Positions 1 to 10,503 of a stretch of DNA of 64,000 nt are shown in pieces. The translations under genes were made by a program, and so were the position numbers. This DNA is from Candidatus Delongbacteria bacterium (GTDB lineage: Bacteria; CAIWAD01): NCBI GenBank assembly GCA_963663545.1, contig OY760505.1:3648001-3712000 (forward strand). The letters run 5' to 3'. The notes below the pieces were generated by a model. That model was not told the origin of the DNA. It made no database searches and worked only from the letters and a program-made list of their open reading frames with translations. Position 1 is the first letter of the stretch, and the number at the start of each line of letters is the position of its first letter.

Positions 1-2647
1 AAACGCGAAATTGGGATTTGCTTTCTTTGGGGCCTGTGGGATTTTCTAGTTTGGAATAGCTGTAGTAATCGGTAGCATAGATATCATAGCACCACTCCAT
101 TACATTTCCGATCAGGTGATGGCAGAGATAGGGTGAACTTCCCTTATGAAAAGAGGTTACCGGAGCAGTGAATTTATATTTATCGGTCGGTGATGAAGGC
201 TGTTTATAGTTGGCTAATTCCGGCAAAGCACGATCACTGCCCCACGGGTAGCGGCGTATGGGCATCGGATTGGGCAGCATCAGCTTCAGCTTGCGGTTTC
301 TGGAAACGATAGCCTGCCAGTTGGGAATTTCTTCGCCGCCACGACAAGCTTTTTCCCATTCGGCCTCGCTGGGAAGCCGCTTTTCCGCCCATTTAGCGTA
401 GGCGAGAGCATCGTGCCAGCTTATCCCTACAACCGGGCGGTCATCACCAATAAAACTCTTTTCGTCCCAGTACTTAGGAAAACTAGCGCCGGTCGCTTTC
501 ACGAAATTTTTGTACTGGCTGTTACTCAACTCATATTTATCGATGTAGAAACTTGAGAGGTAAACGGATTTTATCGGAAGCGTGTCACTTTTGCCATCAC
601 TAACGCCGCGAATGAATTTTCCTCTGGGAACAAAAACCATAGTGCTGTTATCGCGTTGCCACAGGTATTCTCCTGGGGTAGGAGCTACTGCCATTCCCGC
701 CAGTAATTTTTCGCCGAACCAGCCACGCCCGGGGCGTAGCCTGGCCAATAATTTTTTTTCGCCACGAAGAATCTGAGCCAGGAATCGCTTACGCAGCACT
801 ACCGGCAAGTTTTTGGTTTGTTGCACCAAAATCCGGCAACGACTGAATTGCTTTTCATTGCACAGTTTTTTTACCTGGGGGGCGATATTGGGATATTGGG
901 GTCTGGGGCGTGTTGACAAAGGCGCTTCCATAAGCCCGTATTTTATCAATTGTTTTTTTATGGCTTTGTAAATTGCTGCACGTCGTTCCGGCATTTGCTC
1001 GAGAATATAGAAAAAAACGGCGATGCAGGCAAAGAATAGCCCTAAAACCAATAATTTGAGCAATAGCGGGGTCTTCTTTTTCACCGGTGCTTGGGCTAAA
1101 GCGATTTTTTCGTCGTCTTTTTTGTCCAGTCCTTCTTGCAATAGAGGGTCAATCGGGCTGACGGTACGGGACGGCCCCTTGGAAACCGGCATTTTTCCGG
1201 TTTCATCAAGGCCAAAAGCCTCGGCAGATCGTTGTGACGATTTTATGATCTTACTTGATCCCGAAGCCGGAGCAGCCTGGCTACTACTGGGTTGTCCAAA
1301 AGCTTCCATTGCGCGCTGCGATGATTTGACGATTTTTGAAGCCGGAGCAGCCTGGCTACTGCTGGGTTGTCCAAAAGCTTCCATTGCGCGCTGCGATGAT
1401 TTGACGATTTTCGAGCCGCGCTCGGAAGATGATGGCAGATAGGAACGGCCAGCAAATTTTTGCGGCGACGCTGTCGCCTCTTGCACCATCGCCTCCCCGC
1501 TTTGCGCCAATTTTTCCTCGATCCATCCTTTAGGATTTTGCAAAAGGGTCTGACATTCTTTGATGCCGGCAATAATCTCCGGCGAACAACCATAGCGTTC
1601 TATAAATTCCTGACTGATAATCTGTTCCATTAATTGCCTGGCTTCGGGATCAATATCTTCGAGTTTTTGCCTTTCGGCCAGACCTTCCAGCATGTCTTGA
1701 ATATATAATCTATCTTCGCGGCTGCGAGTAATGTAACTGATTAAAAAATTTTCTATTTCTGCGGGAATGTCATAGTATGAACTAGAGACTTCGACGCTTT
1801 GATAAACGTTATCCGCCAACTCTGCTAAATAATCTTCCAACTCCCCGGCATTATTAATTCTTCGCCGGGGATCTTTATCCATCAACATCTCGATACAATC
1901 TGCCGCTGCCTGGGGGATATCAGGACGGTATTGGCATAGCGAAGGCACTGGCGCCTCCAAATGTTGTTCGAGAATCGCTTCGATTTCGGCCCCCCGATAG
2001 GGTGGAACTCCTGCCAATAAATGAAATAAGCTAACTCCCAATGAATATAAGTCACTACGCTGGTCCAACTGGCCTTCGCCTCTGATTTGTTCGGGGGCAA
2101 TATAATAGGGGTGCCCCAAAAGCGCGGTATTGCCAGTGATGGTAGTCATGTTTTCAATCGGCATTGCCGTACCGAATTCGGCAAGTTTTACTTCCTCATC
2201 ATTGCTGATAAAAATATTTTCAGGTCGGACATCTAAATGCAGCAATCCGCTTTCATGGCCGGCTTGTAGGGCCCTGGCAATTTCTTTACCGATGTAGAGG
2301 GCATCTCCTGGGGTAAATGGACCGGCCTGAGCAAGAATCTGTTCAGTGTGTTGTCCTTGCACATATTGAAGAACCACATAAAGAGCGTCTTTGCCGATTC
2401 CACTTTCAAAAACCTGTATCAGATTGGGATGATGTATTTGAGAGGCGGTCTGAGTGTTCTCGTAAAGTATTTGCAACAATTGCTCGCCATATGCTTCAAT
2501 GCTTGTGCCAGGAAATACTTTCACCGCGACTGTGTTTGCTAGCTCAATATGGGATGCCTGGTAAACTATGCTTGAAGATCCTTGCCCCAACCTGGTTTCA
2601 ATCCGATATTTACCAAGCAACTGGCCCAGCCACTGATCATGTACCAT
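1..2647 (-). CDS. PknB-like Ser/Thr (pseudo)kinase - linker - TM - FGE-sulfatase (SUMF1) domain protein; 3' end runs off the window
   Basis: Manual translation from ATG 2647: GKYRIETRLGQGSSSIVY, VAVKVF, HHPNLIQVF, LHLDVRPENI, KLAEFG, YYIAPEQ, SDLYSLG; TM LLLKLLVLGLFFACIAVFF; FGE motifs FYIDKYELSNSQY, RPVVGISWHDA, KRLPSEAEWEKACRG, RYPWG, IGNVMEW. Missing from the ORF track because no stop lies in the window. Confidence 0.9.
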   Translation of the reverse strand, partial: MVHDQWLGQLLGKYRIETRLGQGSSSIVYQASHIELANTVAVKVFPGTSIEAYGEQLLQILYENTQTASQIHHPNLIQVFESGIGKDALYVVLQYVQGQHTEQILAQAGPFTPGDALYIGKEIARALQAGHESGLLHLDVRPENIFISNDEEVKLAEFGTAMPIENMTTITGNTALLGHPYYIAPEQIRGEGQLDQRSDLYSLGVSLFHLLAGVPPYRGAEIEAILEQHLEAPVPSLCQYRPDIPQAAADCIEMLMDKDPRRRINNAGELEDYLAELADNVYQSVEVSSSYYDIPAEIENFLISYITRSREDRLYIQDMLEGLAERQKLEDIDPEARQLMEQIISQEFIERYGCSPEIIAGIKECQTLLQNPKGWIEEKLAQSGEAMVQEATASPQKFAGRSYLPSSSERGSKIVKSSQRAMEAFGQPSSSQAAPASKIVKSSQRAMEAFGQPSSSQAAPASGSSKIIKSSQRSAEAFGLDETGKMPVSKGPSRTVSPIDPLLQEGLDKKDDEKIALAQAPVKKKTPLLLKLLVLGLFFACIAVFFYILEQMPERRAAIYKAIKKQLIKYGLMEAPLSTRPRPQYPNIAPQVKKLCNEKQFSRCRILVQQTKNLPVVLRKRFLAQILRGEKKLLARLRPGRGWFGEKLLAGMAVAPTPGEYLWQRDNSTMVFVPRGKFIRGVSDGKSDTLPIKSVYLSSFYIDKYELSNSQYKNFVKATGASFPKYWDEKSFIGDDRPVVGISWHDALAYAKWAEKRLPSEAEWEKACRGGEEIPNWQAIVSRNRKLKLMLPNPMPIRRYPWGSDRALPELANYKQPSSPTDKYKFTAPVTSFHKGSSPYLCHHLIGNVMEWCYDIYATDYYSYSKLENPTGPKESKSQFRV
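1263..1412. repeat. 75-bp in-frame tandem duplication in the kinase linker
   Basis: Two near-identical 75-nt units encoding SKIVKSSQRAMEAFGQPSSSQAAPA. Confidence 0.85.
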
Positions 2648-2667
2648 ACCAAAATTCCTTTTTTTTT

Positions 2668-2822
2668 TAGGAGCCGGAATTAAATAAAGTGGTCAGTTGG
2701 TTTAGCAATATTTGTTTCCTGGCAAGGAGCGACGAATGCGCATAGCCATGGTTCGATAATTGGGGGGCCAGGGAGCAAAAGGGCAAACCAAATGGGTAAG
2801 TTATTTAATTCCGGCTCCTTAG
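2668..2822. mobile_element. MITE-like intergenic element, family A copy 1
   Basis: Terminal inverted repeats aggagccggaattaaataa / ttatttaattccggctcct; core ggtcagttggtttagcaat...gcgacgaatgcgcatagcc shared with other copies. Confidence 0.8.
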
Positions 2823-2925
2823 CGGCGTCAATCTTACCTAGCGATAAATCTTTTCTCCATTATACGACATCGAGGCATTGAGGCAAAAAAAAAATAAAAA
2901 ACTAGGGCGTGTTTGGTCATCTTTT

Positions 2926-3109
2926 TAGAAGCCGGCAAGAAATAAGTTGGTCAGTTGGTTTAGCAATTTTGTTTCCTGGCAAGGAGCGACGAATGCGCAT
3001 AGCCTTAGTTCTGTAATTGAGGAGCGACGCGGCCAGGGAGCAAAAGGGCAAACCAAATGGGTAACTTATTTCTTTCCGGCTCCTAAGTTATTTCTTTCCG
3101 GCTCCTTAA
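2926..3109. mobile_element. MITE-like element, family A copy 2 with tandemly repeated right end
   Basis: Same core as 2668-2822; ttatttctttccggctcct occurs twice at the end; a lone end also at 3227-3250. Confidence 0.8.
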
Positions 3110-3373
3110 TTAATTATTCCCTTTCGATTATATTGCCGAACGCTTCCGAGCACGCGCACGATATCGCTCAGGCGCCGGGATTTTATGAGCCATGCCCAGA
3201 AAACGGCTAGCAATCAGGAAAAAATTCTAAGGAGCCGGAAAGAAATAAAAGCGTACAGCTCAAAAACTTTTCAGATGCATGCTAGAAAAATAGGAAAGAT
3301 TGCGCTATAATTTTCGAATAAAGAGAAGGATCACGAACAACAGTTATCAAAACTAATTGAAAGGAAAGTGTTT

Positions 3374-3463
3374 ATGAAATTGTATGACCTCTCGCAACCA
3401 TTAAACCAGGAAGTTCCTTTCTGGCACTATTCCCCCCCGTTCGAAGCTTTTGTCGAAGAATAG
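3374..3463 (+). pseudogene. 5' remnant resembling a cyclase-family gene
   Basis: MKLYDLSQPLNQEVPFWHYSPPFE then early stop. Confidence 0.4.
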
Positions 3464-3476
3464 TCGGGGATAGCAT

Positions 3477-4475
3477 ATGTCACGATCAAGAAAAAAATTA
3501 TTTTTGCTCCTGGGGCTATCTTTAGTGGTGATCGTTTTCTTGCTGGGCTGGGGGGGCGCCTATCTAATCAGTTCCCCCGACGCCGGCGAAGCGATAGCCG
3601 CCAGCCACCGTATCACTTATCCTGCGATTATTGCCCATCGTGGAGCTTCTTATCTGGCGCCGGAAATGACTAAACCCGCCTATATGCTGGCGTGCGAAAT
3701 GGGAGCCGATTATATCGAAATGGACGTACAACGCAGCAAAGACGGGGTGTTGGTGGCAACGCACGACACCGAGTTGTGTCGCACTACCGATATCGAAAAA
3801 GTTTTCCCACAACGGGCGCGGCAATCGCTAGCTAATTTTACCCTGGCCGAGTTGCAACGCCTAGATGCCGGCTCATGGTTCAATCGCCGCTATCCGCAAC
3901 GGGCACGCCGGTCCTACCACGGTTTAAAGATCATGACCCTGGAACAAATCCTGGCAATCGGCGAAAGCACCCAACCCAAACTACCAGGTATCTATCTGGA
4001 AACTAAATCGCCGCATCTCTATCCCGGCATCGAAGAACAAATCGTCGCCTTGCTGCAGAAACGCGGCTGGATTTCTGCTTCCGGGCAACTGGACCAGCGT
4101 CGGGTGATCTTTCAGTCCTTCGCTGCCGCCAGTGCCGAAAAATTCAAACGGCTGGCACCGGGAGTGCCGTCGATTCTGCTGGCTGGCAGCAAAGAATATC
4201 TCCGCCATGGTCGCCAGGTGATATTGACCCAGGCGAGTAAAGTCGATGGCATGGGAATTGGTAAAGACCTGGCCATGCCATGGCTAATCGGGCCGGCGCA
4301 TACTCGCAAGCTATTAGTTCATGTATATACGGTAAATAGCTTGTGGGAGATGAAACTATTACGCCAGTTCGGCGCGGATGGTTTTTTTACCGACCGTTGT
4401 GAACTCGCTTTGCCGTACTTTGGCAAAAGCCAGGCGATCGACCTTAAAGCGCTGTTTGCCAGGATTCAATTTTGA
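3477..4475 (+). CDS. glycerophosphodiester phosphodiesterase (GDPD family), N-terminal TM/signal
   Basis: IIAHRGAS..APEMT, ADYIEMDVQRSKDGVLVATHD, YLETK, VHVYTVN, ADGFFTD. Confidence 0.92.
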   Translation: MSRSRKKLFLLLGLSLVVIVFLLGWGGAYLISSPDAGEAIAASHRITYPAIIAHRGASYLAPEMTKPAYMLACEMGADYIEMDVQRSKDGVLVATHDTELCRTTDIEKVFPQRARQSLANFTLAELQRLDAGSWFNRRYPQRARRSYHGLKIMTLEQILAIGESTQPKLPGIYLETKSPHLYPGIEEQIVALLQKRGWISASGQLDQRRVIFQSFAAASAEKFKRLAPGVPSILLAGSKEYLRHGRQVILTQASKVDGMGIGKDLAMPWLIGPAHTRKLLVHVYTVNSLWEMKLLRQFGADGFFTDRCELALPYFGKSQAIDLKALFARIQF

Positions 4476-4586
4476 CCAGCGCCGTTGGAATCGTTGCTGT
4501 GATCTTTTATCAATTATCAAGTTGACACATCCGGGCTGGCTATATAAAATGAACTGACAAAAATGCCATGATAAAGGAGGAATCCG

Positions 4587-5393
4587 ATGCCCCCAGAATT
4601 TCGTTTTGATTGTAAATTTTGTAATAAAGCTATTTATGCTCCTTATGATCTGGGTGGAAAGAAAGTGCGCTGTCCCCACTGTAAAAATCCGGTTAGCGTT
4701 CCGATTGTAGCAGCGCCGCAATCTCAAGAAGGCCCGTCCAAAGGACAAAAAGGACAAAAAGGACAAAAAGGACAACAAGCTGCTCAATCAGGAGCAGTCA
4801 AAAGAAAAAAGCCAGAAAAACGTCCGGTGCATACTCGTCAAAAAATAACCCTGATTACTTTGATTAAAGTAGCGGTCGTTATCGCTCTGGCCTATGTCGG
4901 CTACAGATATGTATGGCCGCATGTCGCGCCTTATTTCGGCCAAAATAAAAATCTCGAAGCCTTAATCAAAGATTATCGCGATGGCAAAATCGTCGAAACC
5001 TACGGCATCAAGATCAAAGTAAAAAAAACCGACCTTCCGGTACTGAAAAAATACAGCAAGTCCACCTTCGGGAAGGTACGCGCCGTAGTCGCCGAATGTT
5101 TCGGTGAATTGAAAATGAAAGAAGGTCTTGAGATTCTTGCCTTGCTGCTGAACGACTCCGAAAAACAAGTGCGCGCTGCCGCAGCCGGTGCTCTTGGAGA
5201 AATCAGAAAAATTAAATCGATTGACCTATTGATCGCACATCTCCCTAAAGAAAAAGACGATGATGTCAAGGGAGCGATTGGGCGAGCGCTGCGCTCTCTT
5301 ACCGAACAGCGAATCAGCGTAAAAAGTCCCGATGCCTGGCAGCGATGGTGGAAAGAAAAGCGCTCGAATTTTCGTTTTGTCGAATATTTTTAG
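4587..5393 (+). CDS. Zn-ribbon + TM + HEAT-repeat protein
   Basis: CKFC...CPHC, hydrophobic segment, LLNDSEKQVRAAAAGALGEI HEAT repeats; 9-bp KGQ repeat at 4741-4775. Confidence 0.75.
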   Translation: MPPEFRFDCKFCNKAIYAPYDLGGKKVRCPHCKNPVSVPIVAAPQSQEGPSKGQKGQKGQKGQQAAQSGAVKRKKPEKRPVHTRQKITLITLIKVAVVIALAYVGYRYVWPHVAPYFGQNKNLEALIKDYRDGKIVETYGIKIKVKKTDLPVLKKYSKSTFGKVRAVVAECFGELKMKEGLEILALLLNDSEKQVRAAAAGALGEIRKIKSIDLLIAHLPKEKDDDVKGAIGRALRSLTEQRISVKSPDAWQRWWKEKRSNFRFVEYF

Positions 5394-5488
5394 AACGAGC
5401 CAGGAAAGCCTGGCGAAATTTTCGTCGCGGGCGTCGATTGCGACGCCCCCTACAAGCATTAGCAAACCTTAACCCCCCCCATTACCGC

Positions 5489-6790
5489 ATGAACAAAATT
5501 GTTTTTCTGATCGTTATTTTCGTCAGCGCTTTTCTTTTCTCTTCCTTGCCGGTAGCCGCCGACGATAAACCGGACAGCCCGACCGCACCGGCAACTAGCA
5601 GTACAACTTCCGACCCTATCTCAACCAAATCGGCAGAAGATGCCGCTAAAACCGTCGAAAAAGAACCGGAGGAGGAAACCTTCGGAGTGCCGATTCCGGT
5701 AGTCGGCACCAGCCCGAATTCCGGGGCCACCTTAGGAGTGCTATTGGCCGTAGTATCAGAAAAGCAAGGCCGCATCACCAGCATCCTGGCTCCGGTATTC
5801 ATGAGTAATGATTTATTCGGCAACGAGATCGATATCAACTATTTCGGCTTTCCTGCGGTGGGTATCGGCTATCAGTTGTTATTTTCGCATACCACCGAAA
5901 ATTTTTGGGACTATAGTGCCGAATACCACCACGCCAAATTCCTGCATCAAGACTTGCGCCTGGATGCCGAGTTCGAATTTTTCCGTTCGCCAACCGAACG
6001 CTTTTACGGCATCGGGCCGCAGACCACTGAGGACGACGAAAGCAGCTATACCTTGCGCCAGGTAGGCGGGTACGCTACTTTGACAATGCGCTTGATTGAC
6101 CGCTTCTTTGGCTCGTTTTCGATTAAAGCCAGACGAATGTGGCCGCGCAAGGGCGTCGTCGAAGAAGTCACCACGCTGCAAGAAAAATTTCCGAATGTCG
6201 TTGGCGTCAACGGTAGTTATACCATGCCGATCGAACTCGGATTGATCTATGACAGCCGTGACGATCTGGTTTCTCCAACTTCGGGAATCTACGCCCGAAT
6301 GTTTCTGGAGATCGGCCAGGAAGGCATTCTCAGCTCTTTTTCCTTTCAGCGTTTTCGTATTGACGCACGGGCCTATATTTCATTGGACAAAGAATCCCGT
6401 TTCGTCACGGTAATCCGAGGAATGCTGACCTATCTCAGGGGAGACGATATTCCTTTTTATGAATTGAGTATGTTAGGGGGAGACGAAACCCTGAGAGGCT
6501 ATGGCGAAGGCCGCTTCTACGACAACCATAGTATTCTTTTCAATGTCGAAGAACGCATTCGCCTGTTTCGTTTCCTGGCCGGTGATATTCTTCTCGATAT
6601 TGAAACGGTATTATTCATCGATATCGGCCAGGTTTTTCCTTCTTTCAATAGCCTCGATTTCAAGGACATCAAGTTTGTCGCCGGCACCGGCATTCGTTTT
6701 GTCGTCCGTTCCCAAATTGTCGCGAAAGTAGATATCGGTTACGGTGACGAAGGTATGGCGATCTTCGCTGGTTTACATTACCCTTTTTGA
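5489..6790 (+). CDS. Omp85/BamA-TamA family outer-membrane beta-barrel (surface antigen)
   Basis: Signal peptide, YDSRD..SPTSG, LGGDETLRGYGEGRFYD, GTGIRF, terminal F. Confidence 0.85.
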   Translation: MNKIVFLIVIFVSAFLFSSLPVAADDKPDSPTAPATSSTTSDPISTKSAEDAAKTVEKEPEEETFGVPIPVVGTSPNSGATLGVLLAVVSEKQGRITSILAPVFMSNDLFGNEIDINYFGFPAVGIGYQLLFSHTTENFWDYSAEYHHAKFLHQDLRLDAEFEFFRSPTERFYGIGPQTTEDDESSYTLRQVGGYATLTMRLIDRFFGSFSIKARRMWPRKGVVEEVTTLQEKFPNVVGVNGSYTMPIELGLIYDSRDDLVSPTSGIYARMFLEIGQEGILSSFSFQRFRIDARAYISLDKESRFVTVIRGMLTYLRGDDIPFYELSMLGGDETLRGYGEGRFYDNHSILFNVEERIRLFRFLAGDILLDIETVLFIDIGQVFPSFNSLDFKDIKFVAGTGIRFVVRSQIVAKVDIGYGDEGMAIFAGLHYPF

Positions 6791-6850
6791 CAGCATTTCA
6801 CCGGAAGAGATACGCGCAATAACTATCAACGCAGCTATCAATTAATAGAA

Positions 6851-7999
6851 ATGGAGCTTATGACCACTCTTAGCATAGTCATTCCTTGCTATAACGAAGA
6901 ATACACCCTGGCAAACTGTGTCGCCAAAGTAATGGAGATTGCCGATGCCGGCCTGGCTCTACAAATTATCATTGTCGATGACTATTCGCAGGATCGAAGT
7001 TATGCAATTGCTCAAAAACTGGCCGCACGCCATCCACAAATTCAGGTAATTCGCCACTCAAAAAACCAGGGCAAAGGAGCGGCACTCCGCAGCGGTTTTG
7101 CTTTGACAAATGGCGATTTTGTCGCGGTCCAGGACGCCGATCTGGAATATGACCCCAAAGATTTGAAAAAATTGCTAGAGCCGTTGCTACAAGATAAAGC
7201 CGATGTGGTGCTCGGCTCACGTTTTTTGACCAATGAAGCGCATCGGGTTCTGTTTTTTTGGCATTCTCTGGGCAACCGTTTTCTGACGCTGTTATCTAAC
7301 ATGTTTACCGACTTGAATTTGACGGATATGGAGACTTGCTATAAAGTCTTCCGGCGCGAAGTAATCAAAAATATCGCGATCGAAGAAAATCGCTTTGGCT
7401 TCGAGCCGGAAATCGTTGCCAAAATTGCCAATATGCGCCTGCGCGTTTACGAGATGGGGATTTCTTATTCTGGCCGCACCTATGAAGAAGGCAAAAAGAT
7501 CCGTTTTAAAGATGGGCTTCGTGCGCTTTACTGCATTTTTCGCTATAATGCCCACCGCGCTTCCTTGCCAATCCAGTTTTTTTTCTATTTGTTTATCGGC
7601 GGCACTGCGGCTCTGGTCAATATTTTGAGCTTTTTAGTGTTTTTTTATTTGGGAATCATGCCGGTTATCGCTGCTGCGGGAGCTTTCTTGCTCGGAGCAG
7701 TTGTCAATTATTTTTTATGCATCTGGCTGATGTTTCGCCATACCATCAAGTGGAATACCCCTTTAGAAGTGCTAATATATTTTGCGGTGGTCGTCAGCGT
7801 CGGAATCCTGGACACGGTGATCACTACTCTATTGCTTAGCTGGGGAGCTGTCCCAGGAATTGCCAAAGCTAGCGCTTGTGCCATTGCCTTGCTGTTCAAT
7901 TTCCTGGGACGCCGTTTTTTTGTTTTTCCAGAAAGAACATCCGGGCCGTGGAAACCACAATGTGCGCCAGCGAGTAATGAGAATGAAGACCAGGCATAA
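6851..7999 (+). CDS. bifunctional glycosyltransferase family 2 / GtrA-like flippase
   Basis: VIPCYNEE, IVDDYSQD, NQGKGAALR, QDADLEYDP, TDMETCYK, RFGFEPE; C-terminal 4-TM GtrA region. Confidence 0.9.
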   Translation: MELMTTLSIVIPCYNEEYTLANCVAKVMEIADAGLALQIIIVDDYSQDRSYAIAQKLAARHPQIQVIRHSKNQGKGAALRSGFALTNGDFVAVQDADLEYDPKDLKKLLEPLLQDKADVVLGSRFLTNEAHRVLFFWHSLGNRFLTLLSNMFTDLNLTDMETCYKVFRREVIKNIAIEENRFGFEPEIVAKIANMRLRVYEMGISYSGRTYEEGKKIRFKDGLRALYCIFRYNAHRASLPIQFFFYLFIGGTAALVNILSFLVFFYLGIMPVIAAAGAFLLGAVVNYFLCIWLMFRHTIKWNTPLEVLIYFAVVVSVGILDTVITTLLLSWGAVPGIAKASACAIALLFNFLGRRFFVFPERTSGPWKPQCAPASNENEDQA

Positions 8000-10358
8000 C
8001 TTCCTTATCGCTTTCTTTTGGATCGGTTTTATTGCCCAACTCGGCCAGGTAGTTTTGATTCGGGAATTGGCGGTGGTGTGCCATGGGAGCGAACTGTCAT
8101 TTGGCGTCACTTTTGCGCTTTGGTTTTTATGGATTGGCAGCGGCAGTCTGAGCGGCGGTGTTGTTGTCGATAAGGAGCCGAAAAAAGCCAATGTCTTTAT
8201 CGGCCCGATTCCGGTGCTGATCACTGCTGCCTTGCCTTTGGGAATCTGGTTGATTCGCGAGCTGCCCTGGTTGCTGGCATTGACCAAAGGTAATGAGTTG
8301 AGTTTTGCGAATTTGCTCCTGCTTGCTCTGCTGGCATTGGCGCCGTTTTGCTTTTTGCTCGGATTTATCTTCGCTCTGGCTACACACCAATTGCAAGACG
8401 CTTCACCGCTATACATCATCGAATCACTGGGAGCGCTGATCGCCGGGATCGCATTTCATTTTATCCTGGTCGATAGCCTGACGCCGCTTACTCTGATCGG
8501 CCTGGTGAGTCTGATCTTCTTTCTCTGTTGCCGGTTATTTTTTCGAGCACCCCTGACTGTCGCAAGCAAGCAACCGCGGCACTGGCTTCTGATAGGCATG
8601 GTGGTAAACCTGATCATTTTTGTCAGCGGGCCGACTGTGGATCTGGCGACGCGGCTGCGACAATGGCGTACCCTGGCTCCTGGCCAGAAATTTCTAGCTC
8701 ACCGCCTTTCTCGCCATGGCTATCTGGCGGTTCTGAGCCTGAACGGCCAGAAAAATTTCTATAGTAATGGACGCTATTTCATGGCGGTTGGAGATCGTAC
8801 CCCAGGACAACTGGCCCATTTACTGATGGTGCAACATCCGCGCCCACGTCGGATTTTGCTGGTGGGCGGCGGCAGCAATGGCTTCTTGCGCCAGTCCTTG
8901 CGTTATCACCCTGAGCGCATCGACTATTTCGAAATGGACCCGGCATTAGTGCCCCTGGCCCGGCGCTATCTTTGCGAAGCGGATCGTCAGGCGCTGGACA
9001 GTGACCGGGTTAGCATTCATTATGGTGATGCCCGGCGTCACATCGCCAGTTGTCGCCAGGTTTACGATTTAATCATTGCTTTCACCGCCGAACCCGCCAC
9101 CGCCGCACTGAATCGCTATTACAGTGCCGAATTTTTCGCTCAATCCCGCCGCGCTCTGAGCCATGATGGCCTGTTGATTTTTACCATGGTTTCGGCGCCC
9201 TTTCCCGACGGCAAAATTTTGCAACGCAATGCCTTGATTTTACGCACTCTGCTTACGGTATTCACTAACGTTCATTTGACGCCAGGTTATCCCACCGCCC
9301 TATTTTTAGCGGGCAGCCGCCAGAGCCGTCCGGCGCTTACCCCCGGCGAATGCTGTCGCCGTTTCCGCGCCGCTGGATTGGCCGCAGATGCGGTTTTCAC
9401 TCCAAAGTTATACGCCACCATGATCGAACCGGATTTGATCGCCCAGGTTACCAGGCGCGTAGGCGAAGCCGCAGAAGTGTTAGCCGTCACGAAAACGTCG
9501 GGGGCAGATTTGCCACTGGAATTGCAGGATTCCGCAGAGCCGCCGCGCTGGCAACGTCCCGCTCCGGACGCGCCAATCAACAGTGACCACCACCCTCGCG
9601 CCATCTTTTTTACCTTGCAACTAAATTATTTCCTGCCTGCGGCGGCGATGACCGGTAAAATTATCCTGATGGCAATGGGCGTTGGCCTCGCCGGATTAAT
9701 CGGGTGCTGGCTGGTGGCGTTACTAATTGGAAATCGCCGCAGAAATAGCAGCGCTGGCGGCCAATGCCTGGCCCTGGCGCTGACAATTATGCTGACCGGT
9801 TTTTTTGGGATTGCCATAGAAATAGTATTGTTGTGGGCTTTTATCAGTTGCTCCGGCTACATCTATGCAATGATCGGCCTTTTTGCCGCCCTGTTCATGA
9901 TCGGTCTGAGTAGTGGCGCCTATCTGGCCCGCAGCTATTTTCCGGCATCTTGTCGTTTGGCCGCTCTAATTTGGGCACTGGCGGCGATCAGTGTTTTTGC
10001 GGCAATGATGCCGTGGTTGTTGGGAATGGTGCAGACGACAGCACTCTTGCTATTTTTGAATTTTCTGGCCGGAATTGGCGTTGGTTTTGTTTTTCCTCTG
10101 GCTTATGAACTATATCGCAATGTCGGTGTTTCTGCCGGTCGTAGCGGCGGCATTCTTTATGGTGTCGATATGGCTGGTGCCAGTCTGGGCGCTCTAGTAG
10201 CAGGCTCAATCGCCATTCCGTTATGGGGAATGGCTGCGGTGTGCTATGCTCTTTGCGGCATGATATTGCTGGCCATAGTAGTGAACGCTACCTCGTTTTG
10301 GCGAGATTGTGGCAATGGTCCGCAGGGCGCATTCGAATGCCGTTTACTTAAGGCATAA
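7977..10358 (+). CDS. fused MFS-like membrane / spermidine-synthase-like SAM-binding protein
   Basis: Multi-TM flanks; HPRPRRILLVGGGSNG, FEMDP, YGDARRHI, YDLII, YYSAEFF. Confidence 0.8.
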   Translation: MRMKTRHNFLIAFFWIGFIAQLGQVVLIRELAVVCHGSELSFGVTFALWFLWIGSGSLSGGVVVDKEPKKANVFIGPIPVLITAALPLGIWLIRELPWLLALTKGNELSFANLLLLALLALAPFCFLLGFIFALATHQLQDASPLYIIESLGALIAGIAFHFILVDSLTPLTLIGLVSLIFFLCCRLFFRAPLTVASKQPRHWLLIGMVVNLIIFVSGPTVDLATRLRQWRTLAPGQKFLAHRLSRHGYLAVLSLNGQKNFYSNGRYFMAVGDRTPGQLAHLLMVQHPRPRRILLVGGGSNGFLRQSLRYHPERIDYFEMDPALVPLARRYLCEADRQALDSDRVSIHYGDARRHIASCRQVYDLIIAFTAEPATAALNRYYSAEFFAQSRRALSHDGLLIFTMVSAPFPDGKILQRNALILRTLLTVFTNVHLTPGYPTALFLAGSRQSRPALTPGECCRRFRAAGLAADAVFTPKLYATMIEPDLIAQVTRRVGEAAEVLAVTKTSGADLPLELQDSAEPPRWQRPAPDAPINSDHHPRAIFFTLQLNYFLPAAAMTGKIILMAMGVGLAGLIGCWLVALLIGNRRRNSSAGGQCLALALTIMLTGFFGIAIEIVLLWAFISCSGYIYAMIGLFAALFMIGLSSGAYLARSYFPASCRLAALIWALAAISVFAAMMPWLLGMVQTTALLLFLNFLAGIGVGFVFPLAYELYRNVGVSAGRSGGILYGVDMAGASLGALVAGSIAIPLWGMAAVCYALCGMILLAIVVNATSFWRDCGNGPQGAFECRLLKA

Positions 10359-10503
10359 TTTATGGCTCATCCGAAAAGTTTTGGGATAACCCGCATTGCT
10401 ATGGGCAAATCTTTTGGTACTACATGACTATCGGCTATTACACCGGGCCCAAGACTACCGCAGAAATTGCCGGCAAATGGCAGGAATGGCATCGGCAACA
10501 GTC

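Noticed and set aside
2780..2800. c-di-GMP-I riboswitch suggested by GGCAAACC
   Set aside because: Lies within the MITE and lacks the GNRA loop and second stem.
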